Origin: an uncultured bacterium
GTDB taxonomy: Bacteria; Krumholzibacteriota; Krumholzibacteriia; JACNKJ01
DNA length: 64,000 nt
Reading direction: 5' to 3'
Assembly: GCA_963695095.1 (NCBI GenBank)
Contig: CAVOFT010000001.1
Location: 2,848,001 to 2,912,000, forward strand
In this document: positions 9,027 through 18,975 of the stretch, piece by piece
How the letters are laid out: each line of letters begins with the position of its first letter
Position numbering within the stretch: the stretch's first letter is position 1
The notes under the pieces: model-generated
What the model was told of the DNA's origin: nothing
The model's database searches: none
What the model saw: only the letters and a program-made list of their open reading frames with translations
Program-made: the position numbers and the translations under genes

Positions 9027-10667
9027 ATGAAGACGCGCTCTCTCTTGAGTTCGGGGATGATCTGGCTCACGCTCCTGGTCGTGGCCTGTTCGAGCGACGA
9101 CAAGCCCACGGCGCCCGGTGAGGACAGCCCCATCGTCGGCAGCGTCAGCGGCATCGTGGCAGAGGCAGGGAGCGGCTCGCTCGCGGATGTGTTCGTCAGC
9201 CTCGGCTCGCGCACGACCCAGACCAACGAAGACGGCTGGTTCGTCTTCGTCGACGTGCCGGTCGCCAGCGACGCCGTGCTCGGGTTTGAAATGGATGGCT
9301 ACCTGGGCACCTCTCGCCGGGTGGACATCCTGGCCGGCGAGACGACCCACTTGCCCAGCGTCGAGCTGCTGCTGGTGGAGACGCTGTTTCTCGATGCCGT
9401 GGCCGGCGGCACGGCGAGCACCGGCGACGGCGATGGCTCGGCCAGCTTTCCCGCCAACGCCCTCGTGACCGCCACCGGATCCCCCTACACGGGCACGGCC
9501 GAGGTGCAGCTCAGCGTCGCGCTGCCCGAGGACGGCTTCTTCTACAATGCCTTCCCGGGCGACTTCGAGGGCGAGGCGGCGGGCGGCGGCACGGTTCCCT
9601 TCATTTCCTACGGGATCATGGGCGTGGAGCTGCGCGGAGCCCTGAGCGAGCCGCTCTTCCTGGCCGACGGCGTCACGGCCGAGCTCACCCTCCAGGTGCC
9701 GCCGGGGGCGAGGCGCTTGGCGCCCGCCACGATCCCGATGTGGTACTTCGACGAGGAGCGGGGCGTCTGGGTGGAGGAAGGCGAGGCGATCCTGGTGGGC
9801 GACACCTACGTCGCCGACGTCGAGCACTTCACCATCTGGAATTGGGACTTGCCGACCGCGGACATCTGCGAGATCACGGGACTGGTGCGGAATGCCCACG
9901 GCCTGCCCGTGTCCGGTGCGCGCATCTACTCGGAGGGCATCGGCTGCACCTTCGCCGATCAGGCCTACAGCGGCAGCGACGGACGTTTCAGCGTGCGGGC
10001 AATCAAGGACTGCTCGGCCGGACTGCACGCCATCAAGGGCACCGCCGCCAGCCAAACGGAGACCCTGGATGTCGGCACCGCGGACACACAGGCTCTACCC
10101 GATCCCCTGGTGCTGAGCCTGCCGGCCTTCTCCATCACCCTGAGCTGGGGTGCGGAGCCCGAGGATCTGGATTCCCACCTGCTCGTGCCCATGACCTGGA
10201 ATCCGGCCTACGATTTCTACCACATCTATTACGACAGCGAGGGTAGCCTGCTGGCGAATCCCTACACCAATCTCAATACGGACGATACGGACGGCATCGG
10301 CCCCGAGATCATCTCCGGCACGCAGCTCTACGCCGGCACCTATTCCTACTACGTGCACCACTACGATGGGCTGACCACGATCGCCGCCTCGCCGACGCGG
10401 GTCACGCTGCAGGCGAGCGGGATCTACCGCACCTGGAATGCCAGCAGCGCCACCGGCAGCTTCCATGACGGCGGCGGCTACGAGGGCAGCGACCAGAACT
10501 ACTACGAGGACTACTGGCACGTCTTCGATCTCGTCGTCAGCGCCCAGGGCGAGCTCAGCGTCGTCTCGCGCAACCGGGTGCTTGTCGACGCCGAAGACGG
10601 TCCGTGGTGGACCGCGGGCGTCACGATCTTCGAGGAGAGCCTGCGCGGGGCCACGAAGAGCCGCTAG
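9027..10667 (+). CDS. Lipoprotein with carboxypeptidase-regulatory-like domains and C-terminal YfaP/DUF2135-like domain
   Basis: Lipobox LVVAC; GSVSGIV..TQTNEDGWFVF; PMWYFDEE.GVW.EEG; VEHFTIWNWD; ITLSWG..PEDLDSHL...GPEII. Confidence 0.7.
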   Translation: MKTRSLLSSGMIWLTLLVVACSSDDKPTAPGEDSPIVGSVSGIVAEAGSGSLADVFVSLGSRTTQTNEDGWFVFVDVPVASDAVLGFEMDGYLGTSRRVDILAGETTHLPSVELLLVETLFLDAVAGGTASTGDGDGSASFPANALVTATGSPYTGTAEVQLSVALPEDGFFYNAFPGDFEGEAAGGGTVPFISYGIMGVELRGALSEPLFLADGVTAELTLQVPPGARRLAPATIPMWYFDEERGVWVEEGEAILVGDTYVADVEHFTIWNWDLPTADICEITGLVRNAHGLPVSGARIYSEGIGCTFADQAYSGSDGRFSVRAIKDCSAGLHAIKGTAASQTETLDVGTADTQALPDPLVLSLPAFSITLSWGAEPEDLDSHLLVPMTWNPAYDFYHIYYDSEGSLLANPYTNLNTDDTDGIGPEIISGTQLYAGTYSYYVHHYDGLTTIAASPTRVTLQASGIYRTWNASSATGSFHDGGGYEGSDQNYYEDYWHVFDLVVSAQGELSVVSRNRVLVDAEDGPWWTAGVTIFEESLRGATKSR

Positions 10668-10684
10668 CGCCGCCGCCAAGATCT

Positions 10685-10719
10685 GCGGCAGGAGTCGGGG
10701 AGCACCCGACTCCTGCCGC
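10685..10719. other. Intergenic 15-bp perfect stem-loop without U-tract
   Basis: GCGGCAGGAGTCGGG-gagca-CCCGACTCCTGCCGC. Confidence 0.6.
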
Positions 10720-10740
10720 CAGTTGCCAGGAGTCGCCTCG

Positions 10741-11223
10741 ATGCCGGATCCGGGCCGCTACACCGATCGACCCCTGCCCCCCTATCGCTTTCTGCCCGGA
10801 CGCGCTGCGCACCCGACGCGCGATCCCGCGGGCCACTCCTTCGGGCTGCCCCCGACGGCGCCGGCCGACCTGAGCAGGGCGGATTGGCGCACGAACGCGG
10901 ACTTCCTCTTCGCCGCGGACCTCTTCAACCACCGCTTCTGGTGGGAAGCCCATGAGATCTTCGAGGCGCTCTGGCATGCGGCGGGGCGGCAGACGCCGAC
11001 CGGCCATTGCCTGCAGGCCCTCATCCAGTGCGCGGCGGTCCACCTGCAGGCCGAGCTTGGCCACCTGCGCGGTGCGCAGAGCCTCCTGCGCCGCGCGAGG
11101 CGCCATGCCGCCGCTGCCGGCGGCGGCAGCCTGGGCGTGGACCTCGCGGCGCTGCTCGAGGCCACCGGCCGCTTCGCGGCCGCTCCCGAAGGGGCCGCCG
11201 CGCGCCTCACGCTCGTTCCCTGA
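10741..11223 (+). CDS. DUF309 family protein
   Basis: LFNH.FWWEAHE.FEALW and LQALIQ.AA..L motifs. Confidence 0.85.
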   Translation: MPDPGRYTDRPLPPYRFLPGRAAHPTRDPAGHSFGLPPTAPADLSRADWRTNADFLFAADLFNHRFWWEAHEIFEALWHAAGRQTPTGHCLQALIQCAAVHLQAELGHLRGAQSLLRRARRHAAAAGGGSLGVDLAALLEATGRFAAAPEGAAARLTLVP

Positions 11224-11295
11224 TCGCAGCGTCGGTGAACTTTCGGATTCACCCTTTCGCCCCAGCCGCCGATAAAGCTCCACGGAGGTGTGGCG

Positions 11296-11643
11296 ATGGA
11301 AAACAGACGCAAACATCGGCGCTATCTCATGTTTGACATGTTGTCCGTGGAGCTCGTCGACCGCGGCGCTTGCGTCGGCTACCTCATGGATCTCACGCCG
11401 GCAGGCCTGATGATGCGCAGCAGTTGCGCCCTCAAGCCGGGCACCCGCTACGGCCTGCGCGTCGAGCTGCGGGAGCCGATCGCCGGCGAGACCTGCCTCG
11501 CAGTGGCCGGCGACTGCCAATGGTGCCGGCGCGCGCCCAGCGGCGAAGGCTACAACGCGGGACTGCAGATCATCGCACCGACCGCGCAGGTCCTGGCCAT
11601 CATCGAGGCCCTGAGCCACCCGCAGGTGCCCGCGGGCGAGTAG
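11296..11643 (+). CDS. PilZ domain protein (c-di-GMP binding)
   Basis: GGAGG RBS; RRKHRR and DLTPAG (RxxxR / DxSxxG-like) motifs. Confidence 0.8.
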   Translation: MENRRKHRRYLMFDMLSVELVDRGACVGYLMDLTPAGLMMRSSCALKPGTRYGLRVELREPIAGETCLAVAGDCQWCRRAPSGEGYNAGLQIIAPTAQVLAIIEALSHPQVPAGE

Positions 11644-11765
11644 CCGGCGCCACGGGCTGCCGGCCCAGCATGCGACCAGTGTGGGTTCCCACTCCCTGCT
11701 CGATGTGTTATGAAGGATCGGAGCGCCGAGGCGACGTCGCCCCGGCCGCGAGCAGGGGGTTCGAC

Positions 11766-12824
11766 ATGAGCTGGAGCGTTGGCGCGAGCGCGCTGATCAT
11801 CGGGGGCGGCGTCATCGCCCTCAGCCTTCTCCTGGGCTTTCTGTTGCGGCACTGGCTGCTCAGCCGCCTCGCCCGACTGGCTGCGGCGACGGCTTCCCAC
11901 GTCGACGATGCGATCGTCGGCTCGCTGGCGCGGTCGCTGCCGGTCTGGCTCCTGCTGGGTGGCCTCTTCATCGCGGCGCGCATCGTGGAACTGCCGCCCG
12001 CGGCAGCGACGGTCTTCGCCAAGCTCCTGACCGCCGGCTTGATCCTGTCGATCACCGTCTGGGCCGCGAATCTGGGCGTTGCTCTGCTCCGCACACCGGC
12101 GACGGCCGCCGGCACCGCCGCCCCCGCCACCGGCGTGCTGCGCTACGCCGTCAAGATCGTCACCTTCTCGGTCGGCGGGCTCGTGCTGCTCAGCAACCTC
12201 GGCATCGCGATCACGCCCGTGCTGACCACCCTGGGCATCGGCGGCCTCGCCGTTGCCCTGGCGCTCCAGGACACGCTCTCCAATCTCTTCGCGGGCATGC
12301 AGCTCACCCTGGCCGGCAACATGCGCGTGGGCGATTTCATCAAGCTGGAGACGGGCGAGGAGGGCTTCATCGACGACATCCACTGGCGGGTCACCCGCAT
12401 CAAGATGCTGCCCAACAACTTCGTGCTGATTCCCAATAGCCGCCTCGCGCAGAGCATCATCACCAACTACTACCAGCCCACCCAGGACCTCGCCGTGCTG
12501 GTGCCGGTGGGCGTGCACTACGCGAGCGACCTCGCCGAGGTCGAACGGGTGACCTGCGCCGTGGCCCGCACGATCATGCAGACCGTCGCCGGCGGCGTCC
12601 CCGACTTCGAGCCCTTCATCCGCTACAACGGCTTCGGCGACTCGAGCATCAACTTCAACGTCATCATGCGCGGCAACAGCTTCACGGACGCCTTCCTCAT
12701 CAAGCACGAGTTCATCAAGGCGCTGAGCCGCACCTACGCCGAGGCAGGCATCGTCATCCCCTACCCGATCCGGGCGCTCAATCTGGAGCAGGAAAAAGTG
12801 CGCGTGGAGCTGGCGGGGCGCTGA
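11766..12824 (+). CDS. Small-conductance mechanosensitive channel (MscS family)
   Basis: LGIGGLAVALALQDTLSNLFAG, VGDFIKL..GEEG, IPNSRL, FGDSSINF motifs. Confidence 0.92.
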   Translation: MSWSVGASALIIGGGVIALSLLLGFLLRHWLLSRLARLAAATASHVDDAIVGSLARSLPVWLLLGGLFIAARIVELPPAAATVFAKLLTAGLILSITVWAANLGVALLRTPATAAGTAAPATGVLRYAVKIVTFSVGGLVLLSNLGIAITPVLTTLGIGGLAVALALQDTLSNLFAGMQLTLAGNMRVGDFIKLETGEEGFIDDIHWRVTRIKMLPNNFVLIPNSRLAQSIITNYYQPTQDLAVLVPVGVHYASDLAEVERVTCAVARTIMQTVAGGVPDFEPFIRYNGFGDSSINFNVIMRGNSFTDAFLIKHEFIKALSRTYAEAGIVIPYPIRALNLEQEKVRVELAGR

Positions 12825-12833
12825 GCGCCCGCG

Positions 12834-13844
12834 CTAGTACAAGCTCTTCACCTGACTCCAGCTCGCGCGCGCGGCCGCCGTGTCCGTGCAGCCCTGGTCC
12901 CAGGCGCCGATGTGGAGGCCGCAGGGTGAATTCGCGGAGGTGCAAGGGGAGCTGCTGCGCAGCGTGAGATCGCCGCCCGGCGCATCGCAGTAGAGCGGAT
13001 CTTCGCTGATGTTCCCGTTGCTGCCCAGCTGATCGACGACGTCGCTGCTCCAGTCGCCGCCGGCATTGCCGTAGATGTCCGTGCAGCTGCACGCAAAGGT
13101 CCCGCTGCCGTAGGCGAACACCGCGCCGCCGGTGAGGCCGTCCGTGAACAGGCAGCGCTCCAGGCTCGCCGCCGCGTCGATCGTGACGATGGCGCTGGCG
13201 CGCACGTCGCAGCCATTGGCGGCGAAGGTGCACGCCGTGAAATCGGCATCGATGGCATAGAGGGCCACGGCACCGCCGTCGCGATAGGCGTGGTTGTCCA
13301 CGAAGGTGCAGCCGTTGACGACGAGGCTGCTGCCGCCGTAGCCGTAGATGGCGCCGCCGTCTTCGCCGGCGACATTGCCCTCGAACCAGCAGCCGTTGAG
13401 GACGACATCCGCGCCGCTCTCGCGGAAGTAGATAGCGCCTCCGTAGCCGCCGCCGACGTTGCCCACAATCCGGCAATCGTTCACTTCGGCGGCTGCATTC
13501 CAGAAGTAGATGGCGGGCCCGGAGGTGAAGCTGCCGCCGGTGATGACGAGGCCCTCGATCCGCGTGCCTGCGCCGGTGTCGACGAGCAGCAGGGCGCGAC
13601 TGTTGCCACCGGCGTCGATGGTGACGCAGTCGCCGATGCCGGTCTCCCCGCGCAGGGTGACCCCGGAGGGCAGGCCGAGGTCCCACTCCGCGTAAACGCC
13701 GCAGGCCACGAGTACCGTGTCGCCGGCCCCCGCTGCCGCCAGGCCGGCGGCGATGCTGGGCTGATCGGCGGGCACGTGAATCGTGGCCGCCTGGACGGCG
13801 GCGCTCCCGAGCAGGCCCAGCACGATCGCCATTCCCTTCTTCAT
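12834..13844 (-). CDS. Secreted right-handed parallel beta-helix protein with C-terminal SWSQVKSLY tail
   Basis: Signal peptide; ATIHVPADQPSI...GDTVLVACG; repeated GGAIY/F.GN motifs; NISEDPLYC...LRSSSPC. Confidence 0.85.
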   Translation of the reverse strand: MKKGMAIVLGLLGSAAVQAATIHVPADQPSIAAGLAAAGAGDTVLVACGVYAEWDLGLPSGVTLRGETGIGDCVTIDAGGNSRALLLVDTGAGTRIEGLVITGGSFTSGPAIYFWNAAAEVNDCRIVGNVGGGYGGAIYFRESGADVVLNGCWFEGNVAGEDGGAIYGYGGSSLVVNGCTFVDNHAYRDGGAVALYAIDADFTACTFAANGCDVRASAIVTIDAAASLERCLFTDGLTGGAVFAYGSGTFACSCTDIYGNAGGDWSSDVVDQLGSNGNISEDPLYCDAPGGDLTLRSSSPCTSANSPCGLHIGAWDQGCTDTAAARASWSQVKSLY

Positions 13845-13942
13845 CCCATCCTCCTCCTCGGCAATAGATTCGAGTTCATGATTCTAGCGCGGGCAGGCGC
13901 CGGGAGCAACCCCCAAGCCGCTTGGCCAGGCCGCCGCTCGCC

Positions 13943-14158
13943 CTACTCCCCCGCCCAGGTGAACACGTCTTCCACCGTCGACGCGAAGACCCTGGCAATG
14001 CGGAAGGCCAGGGCCAGGCTCGGCCCGTAGCGCTCCGCCTCGAGCGCCAGGATCGTCTGCCGCGAGACGCCGCAGCGATCGGCCAGCTCCTGCTGGGTCA
14101 TCTCGCCGTGCTCGAAGCGCAGGCGGCGGATGCGATTGCCGATGGGCGGCGGGCTCAT
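13943..14158 (-). CDS. XRE-family HTH transcriptional regulator
   Basis: NRIRRLR...MTQQELADRCGVSRQTI..LE..RY.PSL.LAFRIA.VF. Confidence 0.9.
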   Translation of the reverse strand: MSPPPIGNRIRRLRFEHGEMTQQELADRCGVSRQTILALEAERYGPSLALAFRIARVFASTVEDVFTWAGE

Positions 14159-14559
14159 TCGGCGACGTCCAGCGGGCGCGCGGCGAGCAGCAGCAGGGCA
14201 AGGGCCCGCGCGATCACCAGGCTCGCGAAGGCTCCCATCACGACCAGGGGCAAGACCCAGACGCCGACCGTGGCGACACCGGCCCGCGCGCGCGCGAACC
14301 ACAGGCCCATGCACATGGCGACCACGAAGAGGTAGGAGGCCGCGAAGCCGAATACGGCCGCGCGGCGGGCGAGGTAGCGCTCGCGCTCATCGCCCAGCTC
14401 GCGGCGGAACAGGAGCGGAGTCGCGCCCGTGAGCGCGAGCAGCGCCATGGCGGCCGGCGCCACCTTCGGGCTCACGGCGATGTGCAGCACCACGTAGGCA
14501 GCCACGGCGAGCAGCCCGACAATGAGCTGGTAGAGCGCGGATTTCTGTTGGGTGGACAC
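14155..14559 (-). CDS. Small membrane protein (DUF2178-like) co-transcribed with the XRE regulator
   Basis: GGAGGT RBS and GTG start; 4 TM segments with central DERE..L motif; ATGA overlap with the XRE gene. Confidence 0.65.
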   Translation of the reverse strand: MSTQQKSALYQLIVGLLAVAAYVVLHIAVSPKVAPAAMALLALTGATPLLFRRELGDERERYLARRAAVFGFAASYLFVVAMCMGLWFARARAGVATVGVWVLPLVVMGAFASLVIARALALLLLAARPLDVAE

Positions 14560-14611
14560 TGGCGAGACCTCCTGCGATGAGAGGCCACCAGCATGGCAGA
14601 TCCTGCGACCG

Positions 14612-14653
14612 ATGTAAAGTATTTCATACTTTATGTCGATCATTTCATACTCC
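14612..14653. promoter_or_regulatory. Candidate XRE operator: two 21-bp tandem units, the first containing the palindrome AAAGTAT-TTC-ATACTTT
   Basis: ATGTAAAGTATTTCATACTTT / ATGTCGATCATTTCATACTCC; AT-rich patch upstream of the membrane protein-XRE operon. Confidence 0.55.
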
Positions 14654-14677
14654 GCCAGGGGGCGCCCTCCGCAAGCG

Positions 14678-14706
14678 AAAGCCCCCGTCCGCACCTGGAC
14701 GGGGGC
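14678..14706 (-). terminator. Rho-independent terminator after acs
   Basis: GCCCCCGTCC-6nt-GGACGGGGGC hairpin followed by TTT on the minus strand. Confidence 0.65.
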
Positions 14707-14736
14707 TCTCTTTCTCTCGTGCGCGGGAGCTTGGGG

Positions 14737-14770
14737 CCGGGTCGCGCGCGTTGTTTCGCGCGCGAGAGGC
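14737..14770. repeat. 34-bp REP-like palindromic repeat, copy 1
   Basis: CCGGGTCGCGCGCGTTGTTTCGCGCGCGAGAGGC; 32/34 identical to 59209-59242. Confidence 0.7.
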
Positions 14771-14794
14771 CGCGAGCGAGCGCTCGCGAGCGCC

Positions 14795-16744
<1,950 letters not shown>

Positions 16745-17034
16745 GGTTCCGCTCCTCCTGGGTCACGGGTTGCTGTCTGCCTTCGCCGCCGCCGGGCGGG
16801 CGGGGCGGGATACCTGCAGGTGAGGCCGATAATGGGACCGATTTGTCCAGTTACCCGACTACGATACAACGGAAGAGGAGAAATCGCCAGTCTCCCCCGG
16901 GGATTTCCCGAGGGCTCCGCGGGAATCCCTGGCCCCGGCCGATGGGCCTTGCTACCTTGAGTGACGCGGATCCAGCCGCAGCCCAGGTGGCGCCGGCCGG
17001 AGATCGAAGTCGTTTCACAAGAAGGAGATCCGCC

Positions 17035-17766
17035 ATGTGCGCCAAGCTGCTCCACCGGAGTGCCATCCTCGGCGTCTTCCTGCTCACGCTGGCCACCGGC
17101 GCCCTCGCCGCCGAGCCGGCCGAGTTCTCGGGCAAGGTCCTGGAGACGATGAGCACGGACACCTACACCTATGTTCGGGTCGGCGATGGCCGCACGGAGG
17201 CCTGGGCGGCCGCGCCGCGCTTCGCCGTGGCCGTGGGCGAGCAGGTGGCCTTCTCCACCGCCATGCCCATGAAGGACTTCAAGAGCGAGACCCTGAAGCG
17301 CACCTTCGCCGTCGTCTACTTCACCAACGAGATCCGCCAGCTCGGAGCGGCCGCGGCAGCGCCCGCCGCACCCAAGGCGCCGGCGGCAGCCAAGGCCCCG
17401 GCGGCAGCCATGGCGCCCGGGACCCCGGCCCCCTCGGCGGCGCCCATGGCCCGCATCGAGCCGCCGGCCGGCGGCACGGCCATCGCCGCCCTGGTGGCGA
17501 AGCCCGCCGACTTCAGCGGCAAGCGCGTGACCGTGCGCGGCAAGGTCGTCAAGTTCAACGCCAACATCCTGGGCAAGAACTGGCTGCACCTGCGCGACGG
17601 CAGCGCCGGCACCGCCGGCGCCGACGACATCACCGTCACCACGAGCGCGGGCGCCAAGCTCGGCGACATCGTGACGGCCACCGGCGTCGTCGCCACCAAC
17701 CGCGATTTCGGCTCCGGCTACAGCTACACCGTGATGATCGAGGAGGCCACCCTGGCCCAGCCCTAG
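17035..17766 (+). CDS. Periplasmic double OB-fold protein
   Basis: AAGGAG RBS; signal peptide; GKVLET....YTYVRV, Ala/Pro linker, VTVRGKVVKFNANILGKNWLHLRDG, DFGSGYSY. Confidence 0.75.
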   Translation: MCAKLLHRSAILGVFLLTLATGALAAEPAEFSGKVLETMSTDTYTYVRVGDGRTEAWAAAPRFAVAVGEQVAFSTAMPMKDFKSETLKRTFAVVYFTNEIRQLGAAAAAPAAPKAPAAAKAPAAAMAPGTPAPSAAPMARIEPPAGGTAIAALVAKPADFSGKRVTVRGKVVKFNANILGKNWLHLRDGSAGTAGADDITVTTSAGAKLGDIVTATGVVATNRDFGSGYSYTVMIEEATLAQP

Positions 17767-17775
17767 GACCCGCCC

Positions 17776-18975
17776 GTGAAGGTCCTCCTGGCCCTGATCC
17801 TGCTCCTCCTGCTCGGACTCGGCGCCGCGTCGCGGAGGCGCCTGCGCCTGCCCGGCAGCCGAGCCCTCACGCTCGTCGGCGCTGAATTCCTCCTGCTCGG
17901 CTGGGCGCTGGGCGAGCAGGGGCTGGGCTTCCTGGATGCCGCCCTGCTCGGCGATCTGGAGCCGCTCGTCATCCTCGGTCTCGGCTGGATCGGCCTCCTG
18001 GTGGGGCTTCAGTTCGAGGCCGCGCTCTTGCGGCGCGTCCCGCTGGGCTTCTACGGCGCCGGCCTCGGCCAGGGCCTCATTACCATGGCCCTGCTCTACC
18101 TGCCCCTGCAGGCCCTGCTCGCGCAGCTCTTCGGCCCGGGGCCGGGCAGCAGCGGCGCCGCCTTCTTCCTCGCCGCCGCCGGCGCGGACAGCAGCCAGCA
18201 CCTGCTCACCCTGGCCCTGCGCGAACGGCGGGGCGTCGCTCCGGCCTCGGCGCCGCTCTTTCGCTTCTGCGCGGAGATCGACACGCTGATTCCGCTGCTG
18301 GCCCTGCCCATGCTCGCCGGGCTGCTGCACGCGCGCGCCTGGCTGGGAACGCCCGCGGCCGGAGCCGGGCCGGCGCTGCGGGGGCTGGGCCTGGCCGCGC
18401 TGCTCGGGCTCGTCCTGGGCCTGCTCCTCACCTTGCTGCTCAAGGGCACCCGCCGGCCGGCCCACCACTTGCTGGTGCTGCTGGGCTTCCTCGCCCTCTC
18501 GGGCGGTCTCGCGCAGGTGCTCGGCCAGCCGCCGCTCTTCGTCAACTTCGTGGCCGGCGTCGTCACCGTGAACCTGCTCGGCCATCGTGCCGACACCTGG
18601 CGCCTGGCCGCCGCCAGTGAGAGGCCCTTCTACACCATCTTCCTTCTCCTCGTGGGCGCGGGCTGGCACCTGGGCTCGCGCTGGGCGCTCCTGGTCGCTG
18701 TCGCTTTCTTCGTGCTGCGCGTAGCGGCCAAGGTCCTGGCCCTGGCCTTCGCCGGCCGCCTGGCCTGGCGGCGCTCACGGCTGCCGCTCGGCGCCGGTCT
18801 CGCTCTCAGCGGGCAGAGCGGGGTATCGGTGGCCATGGTGGCCAGCCTGCAATCCCTCGAGCGCAGCACGCTCGCCGATGCCAGCATGTCCATCCTGCTC
18901 ATCGGCTTCCTGCTCTCCGCCCTCATCGCGCCCTGGCTCACGCGCCAGGGCCTCTCGCCGGGGCAGCCGACATGA
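17776..18975 (+). CDS. Cation:proton antiporter (CPA2-like), divergent
   Basis: About 12 TM helices; LGWIGLLVGLQF, IFLLLVGA, GLALSGQSGVSVA. Confidence 0.7.
   Translation: MKVLLALILLLLLGLGAASRRRLRLPGSRALTLVGAEFLLLGWALGEQGLGFLDAALLGDLEPLVILGLGWIGLLVGLQFEAALLRRVPLGFYGAGLGQGLITMALLYLPLQALLAQLFGPGPGSSGAAFFLAAAGADSSQHLLTLALRERRGVAPASAPLFRFCAEIDTLIPLLALPMLAGLLHARAWLGTPAAGAGPALRGLGLAALLGLVLGLLLTLLLKGTRRPAHHLLVLLGFLALSGGLAQVLGQPPLFVNFVAGVVTVNLLGHRADTWRLAAASERPFYTIFLLLVGAGWHLGSRWALLVAVAFFVLRVAAKVLALAFAGRLAWRRSRLPLGAGLALSGQSGVSVAMVASLQSLERSTLADASMSILLIGFLLSALIAPWLTRQGLSPGQPT

Noticed and set aside
12834..12836. All three VKxLY tails end in TAG: possible pyrrolysine or readthrough
   Set aside because: TAG is a common stop throughout the window, the downstream sequences are not conserved, and no pyl genes are seen
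17350..17450. Short near-tandem repeats encoding APKAPAAAKAPAAA
   Set aside because: Ordinary low-complexity Ala/Pro inter-domain linker
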